Of a DNA stretch of 64,000 bases, positions 8,730 through 17,830 are shown in pieces. The DNA is from Candidatus Kaiserbacteria bacterium (GTDB lineage: Bacteria > Patescibacteriota > Minisyncoccia > Phycocordibacterales > UBA2100). The notes below the pieces were generated by a model. It did not search any database. It saw only the letters and a program-made list of their open reading frames with translations, and was not told the origin of the DNA. How positions within the stretch are numbered: the first letter of the stretch is position 1; each line of letters opens with the position of its first letter. The position numbers and the translations under genes were made by a program. The stretch covers positions 35,272 to 99,271 of the forward strand of contig JACPLD010000002.1 in assembly GCA_016186765.1 (NCBI GenBank), written 5' to 3'.

Positions 8730-9857
8730 CTATGCGCTTCGCAGCGCGAGTCCGATAGCCGTCGCAAACTGCAGCGACGCGCGACGCTCGATTGGAGGGA
8801 TATACTCATCGAACGAGCAGACGTTACGCCACACGCTCGGCCGCACGACCTCAACCTGAACGCGCGCCGCGAGATAGTCCCCAAGACCTTTGAGATTTCC
8901 GCTGCCGCCGAGGAGAAAAACTTGCTCGAGCGGCGTCAGCCGGTCGCCCCGTTCACTCCGACGTGTATCCCAGTAGTGAAAGTGGCGCACAACCTCGTCC
9001 GCAAGTGCGGAAGTAGTTCCAGTTATCGCCTCAAGCCCGGCCGAGCTCTTGCCATTGTGCGCAAGCAGTCCTTCCTCATTCTTGAATGTTGTGGCTGCCT
9101 CCGGCGTGAGTGCGAGTTTTTCGGAGAGAACATAATCGATGCTTCCGCCGCCAACGGCAACCGTCGAGGTGAAAATGGGGATGCCGCGCTTCAAGACCGC
9201 GAGCCCTGTGCGCAGCTCACCAAAATCGACTATGAGTGTGATAGGTTCGTTTCTTTCCGTGCTCGAAACAGCTCGTGCGATCGAGCGCGCCTCGACTTCG
9301 AGTGAGAGGAGTTCTATACCCGCTGCAGAAAATACAGAAGCATAGTGCTCGGCAAGCTCCTGGGGGAAAACGGTGACGCCGATCTCCATGTCCGCCTCGC
9401 CCCGCGCGATAACATCGAAATCGTACACGGCTTCGGCAGGCGCGATGGGAACCCGGTCCTGCAGCTCAAACTCGATCATAGAACACACGTGCCCGCGCGA
9501 GGAAACCTCAGGCACCTGCATGCTGAAGACGTAGGCCGATTCCTCGGGAAGCGCCGCGTGGGCACACTCGACACCCATCTTGTCTTTGAGGGTCCTCAAG
9601 ACCTCCGCAAGCGCAGGAGCATCTTCAACGACGCCGTTTACGACAATGCCGCTCTGAAGCGGTTCGCGGCCGAATGCTTGCACCTCCTTTCCTATGGCCC
9701 CGTCGTGAAGCACGATCCACTTTATGGAGGCGTCGGAAATGTCGATACCAGCCGCTCTCGGCAGCAGCAGGTGCGGCCGAGGGAACCATCTCGAAAGCGT
9801 GCGCGTCGCCGCGCTTGCGCCCTCAGATATAAACGCCGCTGGTGCCAGTATCCCCAT
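8730..9857 (-). CDS. pilM: Type IV pilus assembly protein PilM
   Basis: GIDISDASIK, VDFG, LLGGSGNLKGL, FATAIGLALR actin-like ATPase motifs. Confidence 0.9.
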   Translation of the reverse strand: MGILAPAAFISEGASAATRTLSRWFPRPHLLLPRAAGIDISDASIKWIVLHDGAIGKEVQAFGREPLQSGIVVNGVVEDAPALAEVLRTLKDKMGVECAHAALPEESAYVFSMQVPEVSSRGHVCSMIEFELQDRVPIAPAEAVYDFDVIARGEADMEIGVTVFPQELAEHYASVFSAAGIELLSLEVEARSIARAVSSTERNEPITLIVDFGELRTGLAVLKRGIPIFTSTVAVGGGSIDYVLSEKLALTPEAATTFKNEEGLLAHNGKSSAGLEAITGTTSALADEVVRHFHYWDTRRSERGDRLTPLEQVFLLGGSGNLKGLGDYLAARVQVEVVRPSVWRNVCSFDEYIPPIERRASLQFATAIGLALRSA

Positions 9858-9894
9858 TCAACGCCAAGTATACCCTAGAGTGAGCAGCTTATAC

Positions 9895-10293
9895 CTACCT
9901 CATGGGATGAATCGCGTCGCCGCGCATATCCAAGTAGCGCTGCAAAATTATCGTGGCAGCCGCGCTATCGTCATGGGGTCTTCCTTCGGGCGCAAACCGC
10001 GAGGCCTCCTTCGAACTTCCCGCCTCCCTCGCGACGGCGACAGGCAATCCCGTCTCCTTTTTCAATTTCTCAATAAAGGCGTCGGCATCTTTCGTGACAG
10101 GATTTTCCCCACCGCCAAAAGAACGCGTATCACCAACGACGATCGCTTCAATTTTCTCTTTTGTGATAACCTCTCGCAGTACCACAAGAAGCTCCGCGCT
10201 GTTTTCGAGAACTCCACGCGGAAAGGCGATACCTTCGCTCGATACTGAAAGTCCGATGCGCCTCGTGCCGTAGTCGATGCCGAGATACCTCAT
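9895..10293 (-). CDS. ruvX: YqgF/RuvX pre-16S rRNA nuclease
   Basis: YLGIDYGTRRIGLSVS and DDSAAATIILQRYL. Confidence 0.92.
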   Translation of the reverse strand: MRYLGIDYGTRRIGLSVSSEGIAFPRGVLENSAELLVVLREVITKEKIEAIVVGDTRSFGGGENPVTKDADAFIEKLKKETGLPVAVAREAGSSKEASRFAPEGRPHDDSAAATIILQRYLDMRGDAIHPMR

Positions 10294-10324
10294 GCAGGAA
10301 GTATGAAGTATGACGTGTGGAGTA

Positions 10325-10738
10325 TCAACGCTGCTCGAGTTTCGAGGTTTTGTACACATCAGGCCGGTGAGGTTTGAGACGAACTACCCTCACCAAAAGC
10401 TCTGCTTCCTCAAGGTCTTTTTCCAAATGATCAACGTACTCTCCGTGCTGGTCATACCCAAGCGCGATGACATCGGGTTTCTCTTCCACAATGTGACGCA
10501 CGTACCCTACCTCGTCGCCAAGCACGGCTTTATCGACCAAGGGATGCGCGGCAACGGTCGCGAGTCGCTCACTTTCATGGTGGCGCGGCGAAGAACCTTT
10601 GATGCGCACTGCAACAAGATCGCGCGCGACAGATGCGATAAGGTACGGCTCTTTTGCGAGAGCGCGCGCCTGCACGAAAAAGTGCTCATGCCCCGCGTGC
10701 AAGACGTCGAAGGTGCCGAACACCATGATGCGCGTCAT
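10325..10738 (-). CDS. Cytidylyltransferase-like protein, probable RibL-type FAD synthase
   Basis: [11 protein letters not shown] (HxGH), [15 protein letters not shown]. Confidence 0.75.
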   Translation of the reverse strand: MTRIMVFGTFDVLHAGHEHFFVQARALAKEPYLIASVARDLVAVRIKGSSPRHHESERLATVAAHPLVDKAVLGDEVGYVRHIVEEKPDVIALGYDQHGEYVDHLEKDLEEAELLVRVVRLKPHRPDVYKTSKLEQR

Positions 10739-10750
10739 AGCTCAATAATA

Positions 10751-10779
10751 CAAAAAGAATGCCAGCGATACGCGCTGGC
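10751..10779 (-). terminator. Intrinsic terminator after cfa
   Basis: GCCAGCG-CGTAT-CGCTGGC followed by ATTCTTTTT on minus strand. Confidence 0.6.
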
Positions 10780-10814
10780 TCGGCCACTCTCGAGTACCTG
10801 AGTGGAAGGCTCCC

Positions 10815-11960
10815 TCATCGAATAGGCTCGTACCCGGCCGGCTTCGTGTGCTTCCCGAGGACGACCTGGCAGAGAGAGATGTGTTCTCCCGCGAAGAGTC
10901 CTTCGGACGCGGCGAGGTAGTACGTCCATGTGCGGTAGAACAACCGATCGTAGATGCCTCGTTTGTTGGGCTTGCCCTCGAAGCGAGGCCATGCTGCGAC
11001 GAAGTTCTCCCGCCAGAAGCGCAGAGTTCGAGCGTAGTCCTTCCCGAGCTCATGCCAGTCCCAGGGGAAGAAGAGCCCGCGAATGGCTCTTTCGATCTGG
11101 GAGCGCGCCGGCAGGATCCCGTACGGGAAGATGTACTTGTTGATCCAACGGTCCGCCGCACGTCCCACAATAGTGTGGAGAAGGAAGATGCCGTCGCCTT
11201 TCAAGCACCGGTACATGCACTGCATGAACGCTCGGTAGAATGCCGCGCCCACATGCTCAAACATGCCCACCGAGACGATCCTGTCGAAAGGCCGGTAGTG
11301 CTTGCACACGTCGCGGTAGTCCATGACGCGGATTTCAACCGGCAGTCTGGCACAGATTTCGCGTGCGTACGTAGCCTGCTCTTCGGAGAGCGTGACTGCT
11401 ACAACACTCACATTGAACTGCTCCGCGAGGAATCGCGCGAGTGTGCCGAAGCCACAGCCAACATCGAGCACGCGCATGCCCGGCTTGAGCTCAAGCTTTA
11501 AACCGATGAGACACATCTTGTCTTTTTGTGCCGATGTCAGCTCCCTCGCGCCCCAGCCGAAGTATGCGCAGGAATACTGCATTGTCTCCCCGAGCTTTGC
11601 TTTGTAGAACTCGTTGTCGAGGTCGTAATGCTCCGTAGCTGCGACACGCGCCCGGAGCCGCGTCTGCAGTTTCAACCTGCGGCTTAGGTGGAAGGGGTAG
11701 GCAATCAAACGCGCAAGGATGCCTGGCCCTACAGTTTTCACCCGCCGAATGCACTCCGGCAAGTCTTTCGTGTCCCAGGTACCTCTCTGATATTCTTCGC
11801 CAAAAGCGAGTGAACCCCAGAAAAGCACTCGGTAGAATAGCTGCGGGTCGCGAACCTCTATATCCCACGGCCGCGAACCGTTCAGAATGATATCGGCTCT
11901 TGCAAGCCGCCTCTGCGCCCACCTTTCAAGGAGACGCGTGAGGAACGGTATTTTCTTCAT
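10815..11960 (-). CDS. cfa: Cyclopropane-fatty-acyl-phospholipid synthase
   Basis: EHYDLDN, MQYSCAYF, VLDVGCGFG, IVSVGMFEHVG, WINKYIFP. Confidence 0.93.
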   Translation of the reverse strand: MKKIPFLTRLLERWAQRRLARADIILNGSRPWDIEVRDPQLFYRVLFWGSLAFGEEYQRGTWDTKDLPECIRRVKTVGPGILARLIAYPFHLSRRLKLQTRLRARVAATEHYDLDNEFYKAKLGETMQYSCAYFGWGARELTSAQKDKMCLIGLKLELKPGMRVLDVGCGFGTLARFLAEQFNVSVVAVTLSEEQATYAREICARLPVEIRVMDYRDVCKHYRPFDRIVSVGMFEHVGAAFYRAFMQCMYRCLKGDGIFLLHTIVGRAADRWINKYIFPYGILPARSQIERAIRGLFFPWDWHELGKDYARTLRFWRENFVAAWPRFEGKPNKRGIYDRLFYRTWTYYLAASEGLFAGEHISLCQVVLGKHTKPAGYEPIR

Positions 11961-12024
11961 GTGTGCTCTCCCTGAATGTAGAAGACTAGAAAAGACCTGC
12001 CCACGCTAGAGGCTAGGCGAATTT

Positions 12025-12393
12025 CTATGGCGAGTCAACCTTTCTGGCACGAAAATAGTTTCGGACAGCCTTGGTATCTTTTGCGATCGCGGCACGAAGG
12101 GTATCATCGTTTTCGAACGATTCGCTCTCACGGATTTTCTTGCACAGTTCTATTGAGATTTCTTTTCCATAGAGATTGGGCGCTGCATCGAGTAGGTGGG
12201 CTTCCAGTAGCTTCCTTTCCTGATCTGCAAACGCCGCGGCAAGATACTCTCTGCCATCGAGGAGAACCCGAGCAGCATATATTCCCGAGACACTCGAGTT
12301 GTCGAGCGAAATATTCACCGTGGGATATCCTAGGGCAGCCGCCCGTTTTTTTCCTTTTTGCACGATGCCTATGTGGGACCGAGAGTTATCCAC
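12025..12393 (-). CDS. Stand-alone riboflavin kinase
   Basis: LGYPTVN, LEAHLLD, LYGK...IRESESF; equals RibF C-terminal domain only. Confidence 0.85.
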   Translation of the reverse strand: MDNSRSHIGIVQKGKKRAAALGYPTVNISLDNSSVSGIYAARVLLDGREYLAAAFADQERKLLEAHLLDAAPNLYGKEISIELCKKIRESESFENDDTLRAAIAKDTKAVRNYFRARKVDSP

Positions 12394-12461
12394 AGTCTAG
12401 AAATCATATCACGACTCCGGAAAGCAAAATGGGTTAAGATTGGTGTATTGGCAGAACTGGT

Positions 12462-13472
12462 ATGTCTAAATTGCATTCTCGCATATGTTTTCCTGCAGGG
12501 CGACAAAGAATATTCCTGCAAAAAGTCCTAAAAACAATGAAGATGACAGGCCAGGTGTGCGCGAAACAACTTGGCGTACACCCCCGGACATTTTCTGATT
12601 GGAGGCGCGAAGAATATTCTCTACCGCTCCCGATATTCAAAAAAATCATCAGGAAATCTGGACTCTCAGTCACGAATGTCGAAATACGGGAACCTCAGTG
12701 GCATCTTGAGGAAGCATCGGTAAAGGGAGGCTTCGCTCACTACAAAAAGTACGGATCAGTCTCTATTGACGAGGATCTTCGTAAGGAGCGTTGGCGCACT
12801 TGGTGGGAGAGCGAAGGCAGGTTCAAACAGTCAAATTGGTTTAGGACAAGACCCGTGCGGAAACCGATCCCCAATACGGCGTTGGCAGAATTTGTGGGTA
12901 TTGTTATAGGTGACGGCGGAATAACCAATCGACAAGTTACGATTACTTTGAACAGTGAAACGGATCATGAGTATTCTCAATTCGTAAGCGGCCTAGTGAC
13001 GAGATTGTTTAAAGTACCTGTCAGTAAAATAATGCGAAAAGGCGACATCGCCGTACGTTTAACCTGTTCTCGAACAGAAATGGTACGCATATGCATTGGT
13101 ATTGGCCTCAAGAAAGGAAACAAGCTGAAGCAAAATCTCGACATTCCTCTTTGGATAATGCGAAATCCACAATATGCAAGGGCATGCCTACGCGGACTCA
13201 TGGATACTGATGGTTGCATCTTCAATGAATGCCATAACATTCGCGGGAAGCGGTACTGCTATCCTCGATTGTCATTGGTAAGCGCCTCGGAGCAGCTTCG
13301 CCATTCAGTAAAAAGAATTTTGCACGAACATGGATTCTCGCCTACACTGCGGAATGCAAGAAGCGTCAACTTGGAACGTCGCGAGGATATCGTTCGATAC
13401 TTCCGAAAAATAGGAAGTAATAATCTGAAACACATTCGACGCTTCGAACAATTTACAGGAGGGGTCGGATAA
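12462..13472 (+). CDS. HTH plus double-motif LAGLIDADG endonuclease-like protein
   Basis: AKQLGVHPRTFSDW HTH; LAEFVGIVIGDGGI and ACLRGLMDTDGCI motifs; visibly AT-richer than flanks. Confidence 0.8.
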   Translation: MSKLHSRICFPAGRQRIFLQKVLKTMKMTGQVCAKQLGVHPRTFSDWRREEYSLPLPIFKKIIRKSGLSVTNVEIREPQWHLEEASVKGGFAHYKKYGSVSIDEDLRKERWRTWWESEGRFKQSNWFRTRPVRKPIPNTALAEFVGIVIGDGGITNRQVTITLNSETDHEYSQFVSGLVTRLFKVPVSKIMRKGDIAVRLTCSRTEMVRICIGIGLKKGNKLKQNLDIPLWIMRNPQYARACLRGLMDTDGCIFNECHNIRGKRYCYPRLSLVSASEQLRHSVKRILHEHGFSPTLRNARSVNLERREDIVRYFRKIGSNNLKHIRRFEQFTGGVG

Positions 13473-13539
13473 TGGTATTCCACTAGTCTTGAAAACTAGC
13501 GCCCGCAAGGGCTTGTGAGTTCGAATCTCACCCCCTCCG
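13458..13539 (+). tRNA. tRNA-Ser(TGA)
   Basis: GGAGGGG acceptor, CTAGT-CTTGAAA-ACTAG, long variable arm, GTTCGAATC. Confidence 0.95.
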
Positions 13540-13594
13540 CAGCTATTCACAGCCCCTCCCGAGAGAGCTTGCGCCCAGTGTACAATGCCTTTAT

Positions 13595-13999
13595 ATGAAA
13601 CACAGGGGTTTTACGCTTATTGAGTTACTCGTCGTTATCGCTATTATCGGCCTGCTTGCATCGATCGTCGTCGCTTCGCTTGCTTCCGTGCAGGGAAAAG
13701 GGCGCGACGCGCGCCGTGTTGCAGACATCGACGCTCTAAAGAAAGGGCTCACGATCTACTCGATCGACAAAGGCTCATTCCCGATCGCGACAGCAACGAC
13801 AACGCTCGCGGCAACCTCGACAGTTGGCGCGGCGCTCATCAGCTCGGATTCAATGACGACAATCCCGACTGATCCGAACGGCTCGCAATACTACTACGTG
13901 TCAAATTCGACGGGGACTACCTACAACATCAACTTCTGTCTTGAAACGAACTCCATCAAAGGATTCGCACAGGGCTGCAACAACTACGTGAGACCCTAA
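13595..13999 (+). CDS. Type IV pilin / pseudopilin
   Basis: G|FTLIELLVVIAIIGLLAS class III signal; GRDARRVADI. Confidence 0.92.
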   Translation: MKHRGFTLIELLVVIAIIGLLASIVVASLASVQGKGRDARRVADIDALKKGLTIYSIDKGSFPIATATTTLAATSTVGAALISSDSMTTIPTDPNGSQYYYVSNSTGTTYNINFCLETNSIKGFAQGCNNYVRP

Positions 14000-14004
14000 C
14001 AGTT

Positions 14005-14108
14005 AAGCTCCAAACACCAAGAAACAAATTCCAAACGATACCGGTTTGGAATTTAGGTTTTGAGTATTGAACATTGTTTGGTTATTGCGTCTTGTGATTT
14101 GGGATATT
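14005..14108. repeat. Period-7 inverted-arm element, AA/TT type
   Basis: AAGCTCC AAACACC AAGAAAC AAATTCC ... GGAATTT AGGTTTT GAGTATT GAACATT ... GGTTATT GCGTCTT GTGATTT. Confidence 0.7.
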
Positions 14109-14116
14109 ATTGGGAC

Positions 14117-14587
14117 ATGCCTCAATCATCCATTCCCATCCGCTGGAGAGCGTACGAGCATGAGCACATCGAACGCGGTGGCGACTGGTACTGGGCACTC
14201 GGAATCTTTGCCGGAGCCGTGGCACTCATTAGCGTGCTCCTTGGCAATATACTCTTTGGTATTGTCATCCTCGTTGCCGCCGGCACGCTTGCCATGCTTG
14301 CCTCCTCACCGCCGCCATTAGTCGAATTCGAGCTCTCTGATCGGGGCATCAAAATCGGCGATACGATGCACCGCTACGAGGACATCATCTCGTTTTGGGT
14401 CGAGGATCACGACGCCGATCCGCCCATTCTTCTCGTTGATACTACCAAGTGGCTTTCCCCCAATCTTGTGATCCCTCTCGAGGATGTCGACCCGAAGCAC
14501 GTGCGTGCATACCTCGTGGAGCGTGCGAGCGAAGTGCCGATGAAAGAGCCCGTGTGGCACAAAATCCTCGAGGCCTTCGGACTCTAA
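14117..14587 (+). CDS. Conserved hypothetical 2-TM membrane protein
   Basis: WRAYEHEH..DWYW, two TM helices, PH-like soluble C-terminus. Confidence 0.75.
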   Translation: MPQSSIPIRWRAYEHEHIERGGDWYWALGIFAGAVALISVLLGNILFGIVILVAAGTLAMLASSPPPLVEFELSDRGIKIGDTMHRYEDIISFWVEDHDADPPILLVDTTKWLSPNLVIPLEDVDPKHVRAYLVERASEVPMKEPVWHKILEAFGL

Positions 14588-14589
14588 AA

Positions 14590-14675
14590 CAGGAACTAGC
14601 CAATAGCCAATAGAGTTTAGGGAACACAAAGATTCCCATGAGGATCTCCCCTAGTGGCTATACCCTAGTGGCTCA
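14590..14675. repeat. Period-7 inverted-arm element, TAG/CTA type
   Basis: TAGCCAA TAGCCAA TAGAGTT TAGGGAA ... TCCCCTA GTGGCTA TACCCTA GTGGCTC; fills the gap between convergent genes. Confidence 0.75.
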
Positions 14676-16550
14676 TTACTGAACGGTGACGATCGTGCTC
14701 GCCTGCCGCGTGCCGCCGCCGATCGTTACGCACTTGAGAACGAATGTTGCAGCAGAGGAGAGCGGTGGTGTGACGACTGCGCCATTCACGTTCGTCGCAT
14801 TTTTATTCTGCTCGGTAAAGCTCGGCAGGTCGGGACTCGAAATGACGCACGACTGCATCCCCGAGGTAACCCATCCAATTGCCGAAGTTGTGCCAGAGAA
14901 CACCGTCTTTGGATTCGTGATAAGTACGATCCCGGGTTTTGCGACCTGTATGCTGCAATCCTTCGATACGTTCCTGCCCTCATCGGTACACGTGAGACCA
15001 TAGGTCGCGACGTTCGTACCCAATGGAGGATTCGCGATGGTGACAGTGGTCGAGCCAGTCTGCGCGCCGTTCGTCTGGAAGCCAGAGCCAGAACTCGTGC
15101 CTGAGGAGCAGGAATAGGTGATCGCTATCGTCATTCCGACATCAGCGATCTGCGGCTGGCACGAGAGCTGTGCGGTGAGCGACGTGCCGCCACTGCCCGT
15201 CGGCACGCACTGCCAGCCGACGACACATGAGTTGTTTTGCCCGCCGTAGGTCGGCTTCCACGTTCCGTCTTGGCACGGTTGCTGCGGTTGCACGGGCGCC
15301 GGCGGACAATTTTGCCCTTGCTGAGGCGGGGGAGCACACTTATTGCTCCCTGAACCGGAGCCCCCGAACAATCCGAACAGTCCCGAGCTTCTGGAATCTC
15401 CCGACCCTTGAGCACAGCCGTACTGGCAGTATTGCACGGGGGTGTCAACGCACTGATTGTTACGAGAGTACAATGTGTTGCCTTGACAGATCGTCTGCCC
15501 ACCGTAGCACGTTCCTGGCGGACGCGGCATCTGGTTCCCCGGCGGAGGCTGCCCTCCAAGACCCTGCGGCATCCCTCCTCCACCTCCCGGCCCTCCTGGA
15601 GGAGGAAACGTTGACGGCGACGGCGGAGGAGGAGGGGGTGGTCCAGGCGGGGGTGGAGGTGGTGTATTACCATCACCACCCGGCGGATTCTCGAGAGCAC
15701 TCAATTTCTTCTGATTCTCTCTCAACTGAGCAAGACGGCTCTGAAGTTTTTCCAACCCTTCCTGTGCTTGGTCAAGATTTTCTTGCGTGTCGTCCCTGTC
15801 GTTATACTGTTTATCGCATGGAACGCCACCTGTATCACCGACACATTTGGCGAGCTTGTCAAGGGCTGCTTCGTAGGCTTCGCGAGATTCTTTGACGGCC
15901 GTTTCTTGATCTTTGATTTTCGACTCGACATCTTCAATCTCGCCGTCGAGGACTTTCTGCAGGGCATCCTGGGTCGCCTTATCAAGCGTGCCCTGCGAAC
16001 CGAGAGCGTCCGTGAGGTCTTTACTTAGCTCAGGCGATTTCTCTAATATCTTCTTGATCTCTTCCGCACTCAATGGCTTGCCGTTCTCGTCAAAAAATTC
16101 GTTCTGGCATTCACCCTTTTTTACATTGGGGTTCGGGATTGATTGTATCTCACCAGTTCCATCACGCTTGAGGACCACTTTGGAGTCCATGCCGGAACAC
16201 TCCTTCGCGCCATAAAAGTAACTCACGCACCTGTTTGCTTCAACCGTTTCGCCTTTCCCTAGTTTCGTTGTTGCACTACCAGCAATAACAATCTGATTAG
16301 GTTTTGTTGCTTTGCTCTTCAGCCCACTGCATATCTTTTCTATTTCCTTGCTGAGCTTTTCCTGTTCGGCTTTCGCAGACCCCTCCGTAGGAGACGCCGC
16401 AACTGCAACCTGCGTGTCACCTGCTACCGAAGAAAGCGGTGGGGTGGCGAGCTCGAAGGTAGCAACAGCTCCTGCGCCGAGCATGAGGGCAACCACGAGC
16501 GCACCAAGGACAGACACGCCACGCTCTCCCGCATGCGGGGATTTGCTCAT
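14676..16550 (-). CDS. Exported Pro/Cys-rich surface protein with C-terminal Ig-like repeats
   Basis: N-terminal TM, coiled coil, poly-Pro/Gly linker, Cys pairs, beta-rich C-terminus. Confidence 0.75.
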   Translation of the reverse strand: MSKSPHAGERGVSVLGALVVALMLGAGAVATFELATPPLSSVAGDTQVAVAASPTEGSAKAEQEKLSKEIEKICSGLKSKATKPNQIVIAGSATTKLGKGETVEANRCVSYFYGAKECSGMDSKVVLKRDGTGEIQSIPNPNVKKGECQNEFFDENGKPLSAEEIKKILEKSPELSKDLTDALGSQGTLDKATQDALQKVLDGEIEDVESKIKDQETAVKESREAYEAALDKLAKCVGDTGGVPCDKQYNDRDDTQENLDQAQEGLEKLQSRLAQLRENQKKLSALENPPGGDGNTPPPPPPGPPPPPPPSPSTFPPPGGPGGGGGMPQGLGGQPPPGNQMPRPPGTCYGGQTICQGNTLYSRNNQCVDTPVQYCQYGCAQGSGDSRSSGLFGLFGGSGSGSNKCAPPPQQGQNCPPAPVQPQQPCQDGTWKPTYGGQNNSCVVGWQCVPTGSGGTSLTAQLSCQPQIADVGMTIAITYSCSSGTSSGSGFQTNGAQTGSTTVTIANPPLGTNVATYGLTCTDEGRNVSKDCSIQVAKPGIVLITNPKTVFSGTTSAIGWVTSGMQSCVISSPDLPSFTEQNKNATNVNGAVVTPPLSSAATFVLKCVTIGGGTRQASTIVTVQ

Positions 16551-16615
16551 GCCTCAATGATACTCCCTCGATGAAGAGGCCCGCGTGTCAATGTGGAAAA
16601 GCAACGTATTTCATA

Positions 16616-16767
16616 CCCTCGGCAGGAATCTCCCTCACCTCTCGGCTCGCCGTCACTCGCCTCGGGCTGGGCACCGTCTCGCGGTTGCGCGTGCTCGCGC
16701 AACATCGCTCCGGCGTTCGATTCCGCACGCACGATGCCTGAGCATCGTGCTCTCGGGTCGTTAGCAC
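16616..16767 (-). repeat. About 150-bp structured element bounded by a direct repeat of the tRNA-Arg 3' end
   Basis: CCCTCGGCAGGAATC at 16616-16630 and 16770-16784. Confidence 0.7.
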
Positions 16768-16839
16768 TCCCCTCGGCAGGAATCGAACCCACATTACATC
16801 CTCCGCAAGGATGCGTCCTATCCATTGAACGACGAGGGG
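16768..16839 (-). tRNA. tRNA-Arg(GCG)
   Basis: CCCCTCG acceptor, CATCC-TTGCGGA-GGATG anticodon arm, GGTTCGATTCC. Confidence 0.95.
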
Positions 16840-16867
16840 GAATAGCAACAGCGTAATTGAAGTTGCT

Positions 16868-17134
16868 CTATGTCGCAATCGCGCGGATCCGCTGCGTGGT
16901 GCGCGACTTCATTCGAGCCGCCGCATTTTTCTTGATAGTCCCGCCTTTCGCGGCTTTGTCGAGCGCTTGGTAGAGCTGAGGTAGCATCGCCTGCGCCTCT
17001 TTTTCCTTCTTCGCGTCGATCAGCTTCCCGATCTGCTTGACGGCATCTTTCATCGCCTTCTTGCGGCGCTCATTGAAAACGTGGCGCCGTTTTGCCGCAC
17101 GCTCTGCCTTTTTTGCCGATGACGTCTTAGCCAC
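16868..17134 (-). CDS. rpsT: 30S ribosomal protein S20
   Basis: AKTSSAKKAER...LDKAAKGGTIKKNAAARMKSR. Confidence 0.95.
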   Translation of the reverse strand: MAKTSSAKKAERAAKRRHVFNERRKKAMKDAVKQIGKLIDAKKEKEAQAMLPQLYQALDKAAKGGTIKKNAAARMKSRTTQRIRAIAT

Positions 17135-17261
17135 AGTCGTGAAATCCTACCCGAAGTGCTTACGATATGCAATCGCGGCCTGCCCCGTTGCAAAACACAC
17201 AGAGTCGAGCGCTACCATGCCGTTCCGTAGCAGAAGTTTTGCTGCGGGGTATGATACTAAA

Positions 17262-17828
17262 ATGATCGGCCGGATCGAAGGTGAGGTGTCCGTCAAACGA
17301 GCCGGATTCGCGATACTCTCTGCAGGCGGCGTCGGCTACAAAATTGCGGCAACGCGCGAAGCGCTCGCCTCGCTGAAGACAGGAGGAAAAGCGGTGTTCT
17401 GGACGCACCTTGCTGTCCGCGAAAACTCGTTCGATCTCTATGGATTCCGCAGCGAAGACGAGCTCTGGTTCTTCGAGCTCCTTCTCACCGTTCCTGGCGT
17501 CGGTCCCAAATCAGCGCTCGCCATTCTTGATCTTGCTCCGGTGGAGACCTTGCGCTCGGCGATCGCGCAGGGAAACGCGCAGTACCTAACGAAAGTCTCC
17601 GGCGTCGGGAGAAAAACTGCGGAAAAAATCATCCTCGAATTGCGCGAGAAGGTGGGGAGAGGCGCGGGAGGGGCTGCCTTGCAAGGCGATGAGGATGCCC
17701 TTGAGGCTCTTGCGAGCCTCGGCTACTCGCTCCATGAAGCGCGCGACGCGCTCCGTAAAGTGCCCCATTCGCTTACCGAGGGGAGCGCCAGGCTGCGCGC
17801 CGCACTGAAGATTCTCGGTGCGAAGTAA
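17262..17828 (+). CDS. ruvA: Holliday junction branch migration protein RuvA
   Basis: MIGRIEG, GVGY, LYGF, VPGVGPKSA, GVGRKTAEKIILEL. Confidence 0.96.
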   Translation: MIGRIEGEVSVKRAGFAILSAGGVGYKIAATREALASLKTGGKAVFWTHLAVRENSFDLYGFRSEDELWFFELLLTVPGVGPKSALAILDLAPVETLRSAIAQGNAQYLTKVSGVGRKTAEKIILELREKVGRGAGGAALQGDEDALEALASLGYSLHEARDALRKVPHSLTEGSARLRAALKILGAK

Positions 17829-17830
17829 GC

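Noticed and set aside
12462-13472. LAGLIDADG ORFs as group I intron or intein cargo
   Set aside because: Adjacent tRNAs are uninterrupted, and there is no split host gene or intein terminal motif.
16715-16724. Extra plus-strand tRNA suggested by GTTCGATTCC
   Set aside because: No acceptor, D or anticodon stems could be built around it.
16616-16784. Prophage or genomic island at tRNA-Arg
   Set aside because: Repeats are only 154 bp apart and no integrase is present; kept only as a mini-element finding.
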